Source: Candidatus Dormiibacterota bacterium (GTDB lineage: Bacteria; Chloroflexota; Dormibacteria; Aeolococcales; Bog-877). Taken from it: a stretch of DNA of 64,000 nt. The notes under the pieces are model-generated. The model did not search any database. It had not been told where the DNA came from and saw nothing but the letters and a program-made list of their open reading frames with translations. The stretch covers positions 483-64,482 of the forward strand of contig JBARIA010000067.1 of NCBI GenBank assembly GCA_049799515.1. Reading direction: 5' to 3'. Positions 50,776-60,064 of this stretch are shown here, piece by piece. How positions within the stretch are numbered: position 1 is the stretch's first letter; each line of letters begins with the position of its first letter. The position numbers and the translations under genes are program-made.

Positions 50776-51753
50776 TTACCCGTGCCTGCCCCCGGGACGC
50801 ACGAAGCGGAGATCCTCGTAGCGCTCCCCGGATGCGGTCACGGGGGACATGAGCATCCCCGCTGCCAGGAACCCAGCCTTGGCGGCAACTCTCTGGCTCG
50901 AGACGTTGTGCTGGTCAATGCGAAGTTCGATTTCGCTAGCCAAGCCTGCCTGCAGGAGCCACCGAGCAACCAGTCCCACCGCCGCCGAGGCATATCCGCA
51001 GCCGCGATGCTGCGGAGAGACGCCGTAGACGAGCTCCACAACCTCCCCACCGTGACCACCGATCCCGACCTGGCCAACCAGTCTATTCGGACCGTCCACG
51101 ACGATTGCCAGCGCGGGGCCGTGCAAGCTCAGCTCATTGCGCCACCCAGCGAGCCAATCTGCGATCAACGCCTCGCAGTCCCGAAGGGCGGCACCCTCAG
51201 CTAGCGGGACCCAAATTCCTTCGAGTCCGCCCTCTTGGGCAGAGTATCCGTGGAGAGTCGCGGCGTCTGACAAGTGGGGTAGACGAAGCTCGACCCACTC
51301 ATCTGCCAAACGACTCTGAGGTGGCACCCATCTCCCTGGGTTTCCATGTTTCTCAGAAAGGACCGAACCGGTGGCGCGAGCCATTGCCTCTTCCCGCTTG
51401 TCGAACCCCGCTATGTCGACGACTCGACCACCCGACACTGTGAGAATTTGCCAGCGTTCGAATTCGCTGCCCCTACTTTTGGCGGCGCGGTTGCCCGTCA
51501 CCCTCAATCCCACCATGAGCCGATTGCCCAAGGCGAAGGTCTCCGAGACTTGTGCCCTCATTCCCGACTCTCGCGCCCGCTGATACCAAGCGAGCACCTG
51601 GGCTCGGTTCTGGCACTCGGGCGATGGGTCATGAGACGCCCCCCAAGTCACGTCCTCAGCAAGCAGGTTACTGAAGTCGGATAGATCAACTGCCTCCAAG
51701 ACGGCTTTGACCCGCTCAGCGATGCGCGCAGCTCCGTTCATCTGATCAAGCAT
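50776..51753 (-). CDS. fusion protein: SnoaL/NTF2-like domain plus GNAT (RimJ/RimL-like) N-acetyltransferase
   Basis: 325 aa. N-terminal half LAEDVTWGASHD...WYQRARESGMRAQV...RVVDIAGF (NTF2-like). C-terminal half VELVYGVSPQHRGCGYASAAV...NVSSQRVAAKAGF (GNAT). Confidence 0.7.
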   Translation of the reverse strand: MLDQMNGAARIAERVKAVLEAVDLSDFSNLLAEDVTWGASHDPSPECQNRAQVLAWYQRARESGMRAQVSETFALGNRLMVGLRVTGNRAAKSRGSEFERWQILTVSGGRVVDIAGFDKREEAMARATGSVLSEKHGNPGRWVPPQSRLADEWVELRLPHLSDAATLHGYSAQEGGLEGIWVPLAEGAALRDCEALIADWLAGWRNELSLHGPALAIVVDGPNRLVGQVGIGGHGGEVVELVYGVSPQHRGCGYASAAVGLVARWLLQAGLASEIELRIDQHNVSSQRVAAKAGFLAAGMLMSPVTASGERYEDLRFVRPGGRHG

Positions 51754-51759
51754 GCCCTA

Positions 51760-51900
51760 TGTGGGGTTGTTACATGGGTCCATTTGGAATTCCCACCGAC
51801 GTCAGTCAAGCCGACGGAGACCGCCCTTCCGGCGAGGCTGGTACACGTCGAGAGCGTCAAACTCGACACGGCTGCGGCTGATCTCATAGTGAGAAGGCGA
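51760..51900 (+). repeat. structured intergenic repeat, copy A (3' two-thirds only, ~140 nt)
   Basis: GGGGTTGTTACATGGGTCCATTTGG, GGTACACGTCGAGAGCGTCAAACTCGACA and hairpin GATCTCATAGTGAGA align to copies B and C. Confidence 0.55.
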
Positions 51901-52225
51901 TCTGGCGGATCTCGCAGCGCCCGCCCATTGCTGCTAGGGGACGGGAGCTCGTCGATCTTCACCCATTCATCAGGTCCCCGATCCGGCGCGGCCGACCGCG
52001 TAGCCCTCGACAATAAGCCCCGAGCCACAGCTGCAACCGCTACCGAGGGGTTGGTGCCCCGCACAACGATGTCGACCGCACGGGCCGCGTAGAGCCAAAA
52101 ACGCGCCGATACCCCAGTAAACCCTGCTAAACGGCGAGACCTGCAGGGCTTGGTCGTCCTTGGCCGGCCAGCGCGCGCTGTACGGTTTCGGCACGTCCCG
52201 AACTGGGCTCCCTCACCGATCACGG

Positions 52226-52945
52226 TCAGAGATGTGGCACCCCTGCGCTAGTCACCGGCTCGCTCGTGCGCGACCATTGGGCGATGGGCCGACCGTTGAG
52301 GCGCCACTGGTGCTCTCCCTCGGGAACGCGGGGCCAGCCCTGGGGGGAATCCTCCCAGCTCTCCTGCCGACCGAACACGGTGAGGTCGAGCGCGTGGTAG
52401 CTCGTCATGAGCGCCTCCACACCGCGGCCAGTGGTCCAATAAGTCTCGAAGACTCGGTCGCCGTCGCGCAGATAGCAGCCGACGAATCCGAATCCCCGAC
52501 CGTCCACGAGAGCCGGATCAGAGTCCTTCGCGGAGTACCACGGCCACGAATAACCCATGAACTCACGGAGGGCAGCACTTTCGCCATACGGGCCTTCGGA
52601 GAACACGGCATAGGTGACTCCGCGAGCATGGAGGTAGTCGAGCATCTGCATGTGGCAGGTCGAGAAGGTGCAACCCTCGCACTGCTCTTCGAAGGGCTTG
52701 CCATCGTGCCACATGTGATAGTAGGCCATGAGCATCCTGCGGCCCTCGAAGACATCCAGAAGCGGGACAGCTCCCTGTCGTCCGGTCACGGTCACCCGTG
52801 GCATCTCGGTCATAGGCAGTCGCCGGCGGGCGGCTGCGATCGCATCCCCCTCGTGGGTGTGGGCCTTCTCACGCCCCAGGATCGCGTCGCGTGCTGCACG
52901 CCACTCGGCGCGGTCGACGACAACTGGCATCCCTTCCGTCGTCAT
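52226..52945 (-). CDS. DUF899 family thioredoxin-like protein
   Basis: 239 aa. VVVDRAEWRAARDAILGREKAHTHEGDAIAAARRRLPM...LLDVFEGRRMLMAYYHMW...CEGC. Confidence 0.8.
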   Translation of the reverse strand: MTTEGMPVVVDRAEWRAARDAILGREKAHTHEGDAIAAARRRLPMTEMPRVTVTGRQGAVPLLDVFEGRRMLMAYYHMWHDGKPFEEQCEGCTFSTCHMQMLDYLHARGVTYAVFSEGPYGESAALREFMGYSWPWYSAKDSDPALVDGRGFGFVGCYLRDGDRVFETYWTTGRGVEALMTSYHALDLTVFGRQESWEDSPQGWPRVPEGEHQWRLNGRPIAQWSRTSEPVTSAGVPHL

Positions 52946-53323
52946 AGGTTCGCTCCTCCCGTATCTAGCTTTTGGCCGGTCACCATAGTGGCAGACGTGA
53001 CGGTCCCTCGGGTCAGAACGTGTTCAGCTGTCTCGGCGCACTGGGCTACGGCTAGGCCGCCCGGGAGCGGTCACGGACTATGGGGCGATCGGCCATCGCT
53101 GTGACCGCCCCGCCGGTTTCCCTGGGTCGGCAAGAAAGGAAGTACGAGCGCGCATTCTGGTAACGGGGGCTCGCATTGCGCGGGCTCACTCTCCAACGTT
53201 GCCCTGGTTATCGCCGCGCCAAGCGGCGGGTGCCCGCCGCCAGGGCATCGAATGGTCCCGCGCCACCGATAGTCTTTGATCGCCCCAGCCGCCTGAGACA
53301 GAGCTCCAGCCCGCCAGGGTGAG

Positions 53324-53622
53324 TTCAGCTCGCCCATCTGACGCCCTCGGGCAGGTCTGAGGAGGCTCTTCAGTCCCTCAGGACGTCGGCGGTGCCCGGA
53401 CTCGCCGCCTTCAGCGGCACTCAACAGCCCCAAAACTGGCCTCGCTGGCCAACCTTGCAACTCGCCTTGCAACAACCCTGGTTTGGTGTTGCAAGGTTCC
53501 ACTTAGTACCCCCGCCGACTTCGGTCACCCGGCTGGAGGCCATCCCGCCCGCGGGGATTGTACACGCCGAGAGCGTCAAACTGTACATTGTTGAGACTGA
53601 TCTCAAGCCGAGATCAAGCTGA
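53324..53622 (+). repeat. structured intergenic repeat, copy B (full length, 299 nt)
   Basis: Reference copy. It has an 11-bp helix AACCTTGCAAC/GTTGCAAGGTT, then CCGCCGACTTCGG, TTGTACACGCCGAGAGCGTCAAACTGTACA, and a terminal hairpin GATCTCAAGCCGAGATC. Termini TCAGCT/AGCTGA are complementary. Confidence 0.65.
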
Positions 53623-53800
53623 CGGATGACCGAGCCGGAAATTGGTGACTTTGGCGATCTCCAGCAGGCGAGCAACGACTCGGTCGTAGGTATAGCGCAG
53701 GGCTCCTACGTCGATTTCGGCCGGAGTGGTTGGTCGAGCCCGTAGGTGCGGACAGTCCCCCTAATCGTCACGGTGAACCCCACCGTCGGCCCGAGTTCCC

Positions 53801-55063
53801 TCAGGCGGGAAGGCTGTCTGGAGCTGACTTGGGCACCGCCCTTGGGCGCCGCGGGCTGGAGGCACCGCCGGGATCCACTTTCGTCCCAGAAGTAGGAATG
53901 GTTACGACAACGGTCAGACCTCCTCCAGACTTCGGCCGCGCTGACACGCCGCCGCCGTGGGCGGTGGCGATGGCCTCGACGATGGACAAGCCGAGACCGA
54001 GTCCGGTCCCATTACCGGTCCGGGCCTCCCTCAGCCGCTGGAAGGGTTGAAAGAGCTTTTCCACCTGGGTCCCCAAGACCACTGGACCGGTGTTGCCTAC
54101 TGATAGCACGGCGCGCTCCCCACTAATGCGGGTCTTGACTTCGACCCGACCGGCGGGCGCGTTGTAGCGGAGGGCGTTATCGACCAGGTTGGCCACCAGC
54201 CGCTCGATCAGGCGAGCGTCACCGAGCATCGGCGCCGAGCCGCAGGCAGCGTTGAGCTCAATCCCTCGGGTGTCTGCCTCCGCGTGGTGGGTAGCCACGA
54301 CCTCCAGAGCCACAGCTCCCATGTCGATCAACTCCTTGCGGTCCAGACCTCGTTCACTGCGAGCGAGAGTGAGCAGAGCCTCGATCAGCCGCTCCTGTTG
54401 CCGGCTGGAGACAAGCACCCGCTCGCAGGTCTCGCGTAAGGAGGTGACATCCGCTCCCGGGTCGGTGAGGCCAGCCTCTAGGAGGGCTTGTTCCAGAGCA
54501 AGGGGGGTGCGTAACTCATGGGAGGCGTTGGCGACAAACTGTCTCTGCGATGCGAAAGCTTGCTCGAGCCGGCTGAGCAGCTCGTCAAAGGTGTTGCCCA
54601 AGTCCGTGACCTCGTCCTTGGGGCCGGACAGGGCCAGCCGCCGGTGGAGATTGGTGGAGGAGATGTTTTGCACAGCAGCCGTGATCGTCCTGAGGGGGCG
54701 GAGAGCCCGTCCTGCCAGATACCAGCCGATGACCACGGCGAGCACGGCCGTGACGCCGAGGGCGATCCCTGACCCGATCAGCAGCTGATGCAAGTCCGCC
54801 CGGTTTGTCGCGATCTCTGTGTGTGCGACCAGGCCTCTGGTGCCCCGGTGTCCACGCGCGCCGCTGCCAAGGCGCACCGTGGTGCCGGTGACGGTCGGAC
54901 GTTTGCTCACCAACCAGTAGGTGATCCCCAGCAGCACCCCGCTGGAGACGAGGAAGAGCGCCCCATAGAGCAATGTCAGGCGCAGACGGACCGTGTGCCG
55001 GGTAACACCGAGAGCGGAGGTCAACGCGGCGATGCGAGTGCGGGGCCGGACCGCGGGCTTCAC
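53801..55063 (-). CDS. sensor histidine kinase (2 TM, HAMP, HisKA, HATPase_c)
   Basis: Start at GTG 55063, forming a GTGA overlap with the regulator stop. H-box ANASHELRTPL, N-box DNALRYN, G-boxes GTGLGLSIV. Confidence 0.9.
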   Translation of the reverse strand: MKPAVRPRTRIAALTSALGVTRHTVRLRLTLLYGALFLVSSGVLLGITYWLVSKRPTVTGTTVRLGSGARGHRGTRGLVAHTEIATNRADLHQLLIGSGIALGVTAVLAVVIGWYLAGRALRPLRTITAAVQNISSTNLHRRLALSGPKDEVTDLGNTFDELLSRLEQAFASQRQFVANASHELRTPLALEQALLEAGLTDPGADVTSLRETCERVLVSSRQQERLIEALLTLARSERGLDRKELIDMGAVALEVVATHHAEADTRGIELNAACGSAPMLGDARLIERLVANLVDNALRYNAPAGRVEVKTRISGERAVLSVGNTGPVVLGTQVEKLFQPFQRLREARTGNGTGLGLGLSIVEAIATAHGGGVSARPKSGGGLTVVVTIPTSGTKVDPGGASSPRRPRAVPKSAPDSLPA

Positions 55064-55713
55064 ACTCGGTAGCCGCCCTGGGACACCGTCTCCACGATGG
55101 GGGGATCGCCCAACTTGGCGCGCAGGCGGCGGATCGTCACCTTGACCGTGGCGGAGAAGGGGTCGGCGTTCTCGTCCCACACATGCTCCAAAAGCTCCTC
55201 GGCCGAGACGGCCCGGCCACTGGCACTGAGCAGGTACTCCAGGACTGCGAACTCCTTGGGGCTGAGCGACAGCCGCTCGCCGCCCCTAGTTGCCACCCGC
55301 AGAGTCGGACTGAGGCGCAGATTGCCCTTGGCCAGGGTGGGTGGCAGCGCCGCTCCCAGCCGACGACTGAGAGCCCTGATGCGGGCGATCAGCTCGGCCA
55401 TGGCGAACGGTTTGCCCAGGTAATCGTCAGCGCCAAGGCCGAGCCCGTCGACCCGGTCCTCGACGGCGCCGGCGGCGGTCAGCATCAGAATCCGGGCTTC
55501 GCAGCCATCCGCCACCAGAGAGCGGCACACTTCGTCGCCATGGACCAGGGGCAGGTCCCGGTCCAACACGATCACATCGTAGGAGTTGACCTCAGCAGAG
55601 GTCAGAGCTGCGCGGCCATCGAATACGACGTCAACCGCCATGCCCTCGCGGCGCAACACCTTGGCGACCGTCTCCGCCAGTTCCTCCTGGTCTTCGACCA
55701 ACAGCACTCTCAT
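55060..55713 (-). CDS. OmpR/PhoB family response regulator
   Basis: 217 aa. MRVLLVEDQ..., DVIVLDRDLP, KPF. Winged-helix C-terminus LSPKEFAVLEYL...GGYRV. Confidence 0.93.
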   Translation of the reverse strand: MRVLLVEDQEELAETVAKVLRREGMAVDVVFDGRAALTSAEVNSYDVIVLDRDLPLVHGDEVCRSLVADGCEARILMLTAAGAVEDRVDGLGLGADDYLGKPFAMAELIARIRALSRRLGAALPPTLAKGNLRLSPTLRVATRGGERLSLSPKEFAVLEYLLSASGRAVSAEELLEHVWDENADPFSATVKVTIRRLRAKLGDPPIVETVSQGGYRV

Positions 55714-55854
55714 CGGGTCTCCTGGGTAGAGCCCCCTGCACTCAGGCTAGCTGAGGGCTCCTCCGGTAGCCGACCCAGCATGCTCCACCAGGGTTACAGC
55801 CCGGTTACAGCCAAGCTTCCCGGCATGTAACTGACCAGGAGATATACCCCCTCC

Positions 55855-56430
55855 GTGAGATCCGCCACCAAGGGGGCCCCCGTCATGGAGACCCCATCAC
55901 GACAGCGCGCCCCGAGATCCGACTTAGGCCAGACTAGCCCACGGCGAGCCCTGCTGGCTCTCTCGCTGCTGGGACTGGTCTCGGTGATCGTCTTGCTGCT
56001 GTCGGCATGCGGACCTGGCTCCGGGTCGCCCAAGTCGTCGCCCGGCGGTTCGGGCACGAGCCAGAAGCTAAAGTACGCCGCCTGCATGCGCTCCCACGGA
56101 GAACCCAACTTCCCAGACCCCAACAGCCAGGGCGGCTTCGACCCGCCCGCCAGCGTCAACATGAACTCGCCGCAGTACGCGGCAGCTGAGAAATCGTGCC
56201 AATCGCTGGAGGGAGGGGGGCTGAGCACCGCCAAGCAGGCACAGCTGAAGGCGAAACTGCTCAAGTACGCCGCGTGCATGCGCGCCAACGGCGAGCCGAA
56301 CTACCCCGACCCCACTTTCGGCGCCAACGGCAGCGTCTCGCAAGCCACCAGCAAGGCTGATGGCGTCGACCCCAACTCGCCGCAGTACGCGGCTGCGCAG
56401 AAGAAGTGCCAGCACTTGCAGGGTGGTTGA
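55855..56430 (+). CDS. secreted lipoprotein with an internal tandem duplication of a two-Cys domain
   Basis: Lipobox LLLSAC/G. Repeat 1 is KLKYAACMRSHGEPNFPDP...NSPQYAAAEKSCQSL. Repeat 2 is LLKYAACMRANGEPNYPDP...NSPQYAAAQKKCQHL. Confidence 0.75.
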   Translation: MRSATKGAPVMETPSRQRAPRSDLGQTSPRRALLALSLLGLVSVIVLLLSACGPGSGSPKSSPGGSGTSQKLKYAACMRSHGEPNFPDPNSQGGFDPPASVNMNSPQYAAAEKSCQSLEGGGLSTAKQAQLKAKLLKYAACMRANGEPNYPDPTFGANGSVSQATSKADGVDPNSPQYAAAQKKCQHLQGG

Positions 56431-56435
56431 GCGAG

Positions 56436-57590
56436 GTGCATAGCATCCCCACCCCGGACGAAGTGGCCGAGATACCCACATCATCTCCATCGCACGGCAC
56501 TCGCCGGTCGCACCGTCGCCGCTGGGCTGCCGTCGCAATTGCCCTAGTCATCGTCGCCGCCGTCGTGGCACTCGGCGTCGGCCACCCGTTCGGCGTCGCC
56601 AAGTCGCTCAGCAGTGCGGTTACCAACAACAGCTATCCCACCTCCCTCGCCACCGTTGCCCGGCAATCCCTCTCGTCACAAACCCAGGTCGACGCCACCC
56701 TCGGCTACGCGGGGAGCTACGCGGTGGTGAACCAGGCGCAGGGGACGATTACCTCCTTGCCCAACCCGGGTCAGGTGATCAGCCAGGGCCAGGTGCTGTA
56801 TGAGGTCAACTCCTCCCCGGTCGTCCTCCTCTACGGCGCCACGCCGGCCTACCGAAACTTGGCCGAGGACATCTCCGGCCCCGACGTGCAAGAACTCAAC
56901 GCCGATCTGGTCACGATGGGTTACGTCACCGGTGGGGAGCTCAGCCCGACCTCCGATGAGTTCGGGTACTGGACCAAGGTAGGCGTCGAGAAGCTCCAGG
57001 CTGCCCTGGGGGAGCCCCAGAACGGCAGGCTGTCCCTCGGCCAGGTGGAATTCCTGCCCACCGCGGCCCGAATCAGCGCGCTTCCCTCCACCACCATCCT
57101 TGGCACTCAGGCCCCGCCCGGATCGACCATCCTCTCGGCCACCTCGACCAGCCGGGTGGTGAGCATCGCCCTCGACGCCGCCCAGCAGTCCGAGGTGGCG
57201 GTGGGCGACCAGGTGACCATAACCCTGCCGAACTACCAGACCACCCCAGGTACGGTGGCATCGATCGGCTCGGTAGCCACTACTGCCTCCGGGGCAACCA
57301 CCGTGCCCGTCACGGTCACCCCCAACGACCCCGCCGCCACCGGCAGCGATGACCAGGCGCCGGTCGGGGTCACCATCACCACGGCCACCGTCAAGAACGT
57401 TCTGGTGGTTCCCGTCGACTCACTCCTGGCACTGGCCGGCGGCGGTTACGCCGTCGAGGTGGTGTCGGCCAAGCACGTGCACTCCCTGGTTTCGGTCAAG
57501 CTCGGGCTCTTCGACGACGCCGACGGCATGGTCCAGGTGACCGGATCCAAGCTGGCCTCAGGCCAGCGCATCGTGGTACCGGCTCTGTGA
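56436..57590 (+). CDS. membrane-fusion (HlyD/MacA-like) adaptor with peptidoglycan-binding domain
   Basis: N-terminal TM ([17 protein letters not shown]), PG_binding-like [16 protein letters not shown], beta-barrel C-terminus. The track ORF starts at 56406. GTG 56436 (VHSIP) just after the upstream stop is my preferred start, but it is uncertain. Confidence 0.75.
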   Translation: MHSIPTPDEVAEIPTSSPSHGTRRSHRRRWAAVAIALVIVAAVVALGVGHPFGVAKSLSSAVTNNSYPTSLATVARQSLSSQTQVDATLGYAGSYAVVNQAQGTITSLPNPGQVISQGQVLYEVNSSPVVLLYGATPAYRNLAEDISGPDVQELNADLVTMGYVTGGELSPTSDEFGYWTKVGVEKLQAALGEPQNGRLSLGQVEFLPTAARISALPSTTILGTQAPPGSTILSATSTSRVVSIALDAAQQSEVAVGDQVTITLPNYQTTPGTVASIGSVATTASGATTVPVTVTPNDPAATGSDDQAPVGVTITTATVKNVLVVPVDSLLALAGGGYAVEVVSAKHVHSLVSVKLGLFDDADGMVQVTGSKLASGQRIVVPAL

Positions 57591-58381
57591 GCGTGGGAGA
57601 AGGGTCATTCGGGCCGACTCGGGCCGAGACCGCCACCTTCGGGCCACGAACGCGTGGCCATGGCGAGTCCAAGGTCGTCCTCGAGTTCGACAAGGTGACC
57701 AAGCGATATGAGAGTCAGCCTCCGGTGACAGCGCTGGCAGGGGTGAGTTTCGCCATCGAAGATGGTGAGCTCGCCGCCATCGTCGGCCCCTCGGGTTCCG
57801 GCAAGTCGACCCTGCTGCACCTGATGGGCACCCTGGACCGCCCCAGCACCGGGACGGTGCGCATCACCGGGCTCGACATCGCCCAACTCAGTGACCGCCA
57901 GCTCGCCGCTCTGCGGGCGACGCGGATCGGCTTCGTCTTCCAGCAGTTCTTTCTCGCCGAGCACGCCAGTGCTTTGGAGAACGTGTCGGACGGACTTCTC
58001 TATGCCGGTGTCCCGGTCGCGGAGCGACGGGACGCCGCGGCCTCTGCCTTGACCGCAGTTGGTCTCGAACACCGGACGGGCGCCCGGCCGACCCAGCTGT
58101 CCGGAGGCGAGCGCCAAAGGGTAGCGATTGCCCGGGCCCTGGTCGGAAGGCCCGCCATCCTGCTTGCCGATGAACCGACCGGGAACCTCGACAGCGTCAA
58201 CGGCGGAGCCATCCTCGGTCTCTTGGAGGAGCTCAATGCCGGCGGCGCCACCATCGTCGTCATCACCCACGACCGCAACCTGGTCGCCCGCGTTCCCCGC
58301 CAGCTGGAGATGCTGGATGGCCGGATCGTGGCTGACACCGCGTGGGGCACCGCAGCGGCGGCTGGAAGCAGCCTACCTTGA
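57587..58381 (+). CDS. ABC transporter ATP-binding protein (MacB/LolD/FtsE type)
   Basis: [46 protein letters not shown] overlap with the adaptor stop. Confidence 0.92.
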   Translation: MSVGEGSFGPTRAETATFGPRTRGHGESKVVLEFDKVTKRYESQPPVTALAGVSFAIEDGELAAIVGPSGSGKSTLLHLMGTLDRPSTGTVRITGLDIAQLSDRQLAALRATRIGFVFQQFFLAEHASALENVSDGLLYAGVPVAERRDAAASALTAVGLEHRTGARPTQLSGGERQRVAIARALVGRPAILLADEPTGNLDSVNGGAILGLLEELNAGGATIVVITHDRNLVARVPRQLEMLDGRIVADTAWGTAAAAGSSLP

Positions 58382-59583
58382 GCAGCACCCGCATCCCCGA
58401 ACCCAAGAGACTTGGGCTGGGCGATCTGGCTCGGGTGGTCAGCGTTGGGCTGCGCACGAGAAGGCTCCGGGCTGCCCTCTCCTCGTTGGGCATCGCGATC
58501 GGAGTGGCTGCCATCGTGGCCGTACTCGGGCTGTCCGCGTCGTCCCAGGCGGGACTCCTCGCCGAAATCAACCAGCTCGGCACCAACCTGCTGACGGTCC
58601 AGAACGGCCAGAGCCCCTCCGGAGGCACCGCCAAGCTCCCTCGGTCGGCGCCTCGGATGATCGGCCGGATCGGGCCGGTGATCGACACCCAGGACACCGG
58701 AGCCACAAGCGCCACCGTCTACCGCAGCCCGCTCATCCCGGCCATCGACACCAACGCCCTCAGCGTCGACGCCTCAAGCCTGGGTCTCCCCAAGGCAGTG
58801 GGGACTTCGTTGGCCGCGGGGAGTTACCTCAACGCGGCCACCGCGACTGAACCGGTCGCCGTGCTCGGAGCCGAGGCGGCCCAGTTCCTCGGCATCGATC
58901 GCATTTACTCCGGAGAGCGGATCTGGGTGGGACACCAGTGGTTCTATGTTATGGGCATTCTAAAACCGGCCGTACTCGCTCCGGAGATCGACACGGAGGT
59001 ACTGGTCGGCTACAAGGCGGCCGAGACCTATCTTCACTTCAACGGCCACCCCAGCACGATTTACGTGAAGACCCAGCCCAGCCGGGTCAGCTACGTCCAC
59101 TCGCTCCTAGCGGCAACCGCCAACCCTCAGGCGCCGAATGAGGTAGGGGTCAGCCAGCCGTCGGCCGCCCTGGTCGCCCGGGCCGATGCCCAAAGCGCGC
59201 TCAATGGCCTCTTCCTGGGACTCGGCGCGGTCGCACTGTTGGTCGGGGCGGTCGGCGTGGCCAACATCATGGTGATCTCGGTCCTGGAGCGCCGCAGTGA
59301 GATCGGGCTGCGCCGGGCCCTGGGAGCCACCAGGGGCAACATCCGCGCCCAGTTCCTCTCTGAGGCGATCCTTCTTTCGCTGCTCGGTGGGACGGTGGGG
59401 GTCGCTGCCGGGGCCCTGGCCACCGCCGCCTATGCCATTAGCAAAGACTGGGCGATCGTCGTTCCACCGATCGCCTGGGCGGGAGGGTTCGGCGCCGCCT
59501 TGATCATCGGTGCCGTCGCCGGTCTGTTGCCAGCGCTACGGGCCGCCCACCTATCGCCGACTGAGGCGCTTCGGACGGTTTAG
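58378..59583 (+). CDS. ABC transporter permease (FtsX/MacB type)
   Basis: TTG 58378 forms a TTGA overlap with the ATPase stop. One TM, then a large extracytoplasmic domain, then three C-terminal FtsX-type TMs ([19 protein letters not shown]). Confidence 0.88.
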   Translation: MSSTRIPEPKRLGLGDLARVVSVGLRTRRLRAALSSLGIAIGVAAIVAVLGLSASSQAGLLAEINQLGTNLLTVQNGQSPSGGTAKLPRSAPRMIGRIGPVIDTQDTGATSATVYRSPLIPAIDTNALSVDASSLGLPKAVGTSLAAGSYLNAATATEPVAVLGAEAAQFLGIDRIYSGERIWVGHQWFYVMGILKPAVLAPEIDTEVLVGYKAAETYLHFNGHPSTIYVKTQPSRVSYVHSLLAATANPQAPNEVGVSQPSAALVARADAQSALNGLFLGLGAVALLVGAVGVANIMVISVLERRSEIGLRRALGATRGNIRAQFLSEAILLSLLGGTVGVAAGALATAAYAISKDWAIVVPPIAWAGGFGAALIIGAVAGLLPALRAAHLSPTEALRTV

Positions 59584-59592
59584 AGACCTCGT

Positions 59593-59891
59593 GCGCCAGC
59601 CGCTCTGACGCTCTCGGGCGGGTCGAAGGCGGCACATCCGCCCCGCGGGTCGGCGACCGCTTCCACATTTGGCGACTGCAACGGCACCCATGAGCCTCGA
59701 AAGGGCCGATCTGACCAACCTTGCAACTCGCTCTGCAACAACCGTGGTGGGGTGTTGCACGGTTCTGATCAGCACCTCCGCCGACTTCGGGCAACCAGAT
59801 TAGGGCGGCCGTGCCGTATGTGGTTGTACACGCCGAGAGCGTCAAACTGTACAGAGCTGAGGCGGATCTCAGCCCGAGATCAGGCTAGCGC
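59593..59891 (+). repeat. structured intergenic repeat, copy C (full length, 299 nt)
   Basis: Begins 10 nt after the permease stop. It has the same block order as copy B, including the identical 30-nt run TTGTACACGCCGAGAGCGTCAAACTGTACA. Termini GCGCCAGCC/GGCTAGCGC are complementary apart from one mismatch. Confidence 0.65.
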
Positions 59892-60064
59892 CGCCCCGGA
59901 CGGTAAATCCAGAGATTGGCCGTGCTTGGAACGGCCGTGAGCCCGGCATTCGGACGCGCACCCGGACCCTGGACTCCCGACGTGGCTCCGATGGGTCGCC
60001 CCGCGCCCCTTACATCCGACCGCTCGTGAGGATGCCACCGCCGTGCGTGGGGGTTGGAGGCCGA

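Noticed and set aside
53392-53622. Conserved peptide (I/V/L)VH(A/V)ESVKL(Y/D) encoded in repeat copies A, B and C, considered as a possible small protein
   Set aside because: The conservation is nucleotide identity in a 30-nt block with no synonymous-only variation. The upstream frames differ between copies and the translations are not protein-like.
53623-53800. Homology of the spacers to the right of repeat copies B, C and D, which would extend the element to ~470 nt. Also a 49-codon minus-strand frame reading ...ALRYTYDRVVARLLEIAKVTNFRLGHPSA*.
   Set aside because: Only 10-14-nt patches match by eye, which is within chance for GC-rich DNA. The frame has no start codon and is not conserved in the other copies. 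It is mentioned as an open question only.
49099-59891. The repeat family as a CRISPR array or as integron attC sites
   Set aside because: The units are ~300 nt and kilobases apart, so this is not a CRISPR array. I found no RYYYAAC/GTTRRRY cores and no intI integrase. One bracketed operon is in the opposite orientation. I therefore report only a cassette-like layout.
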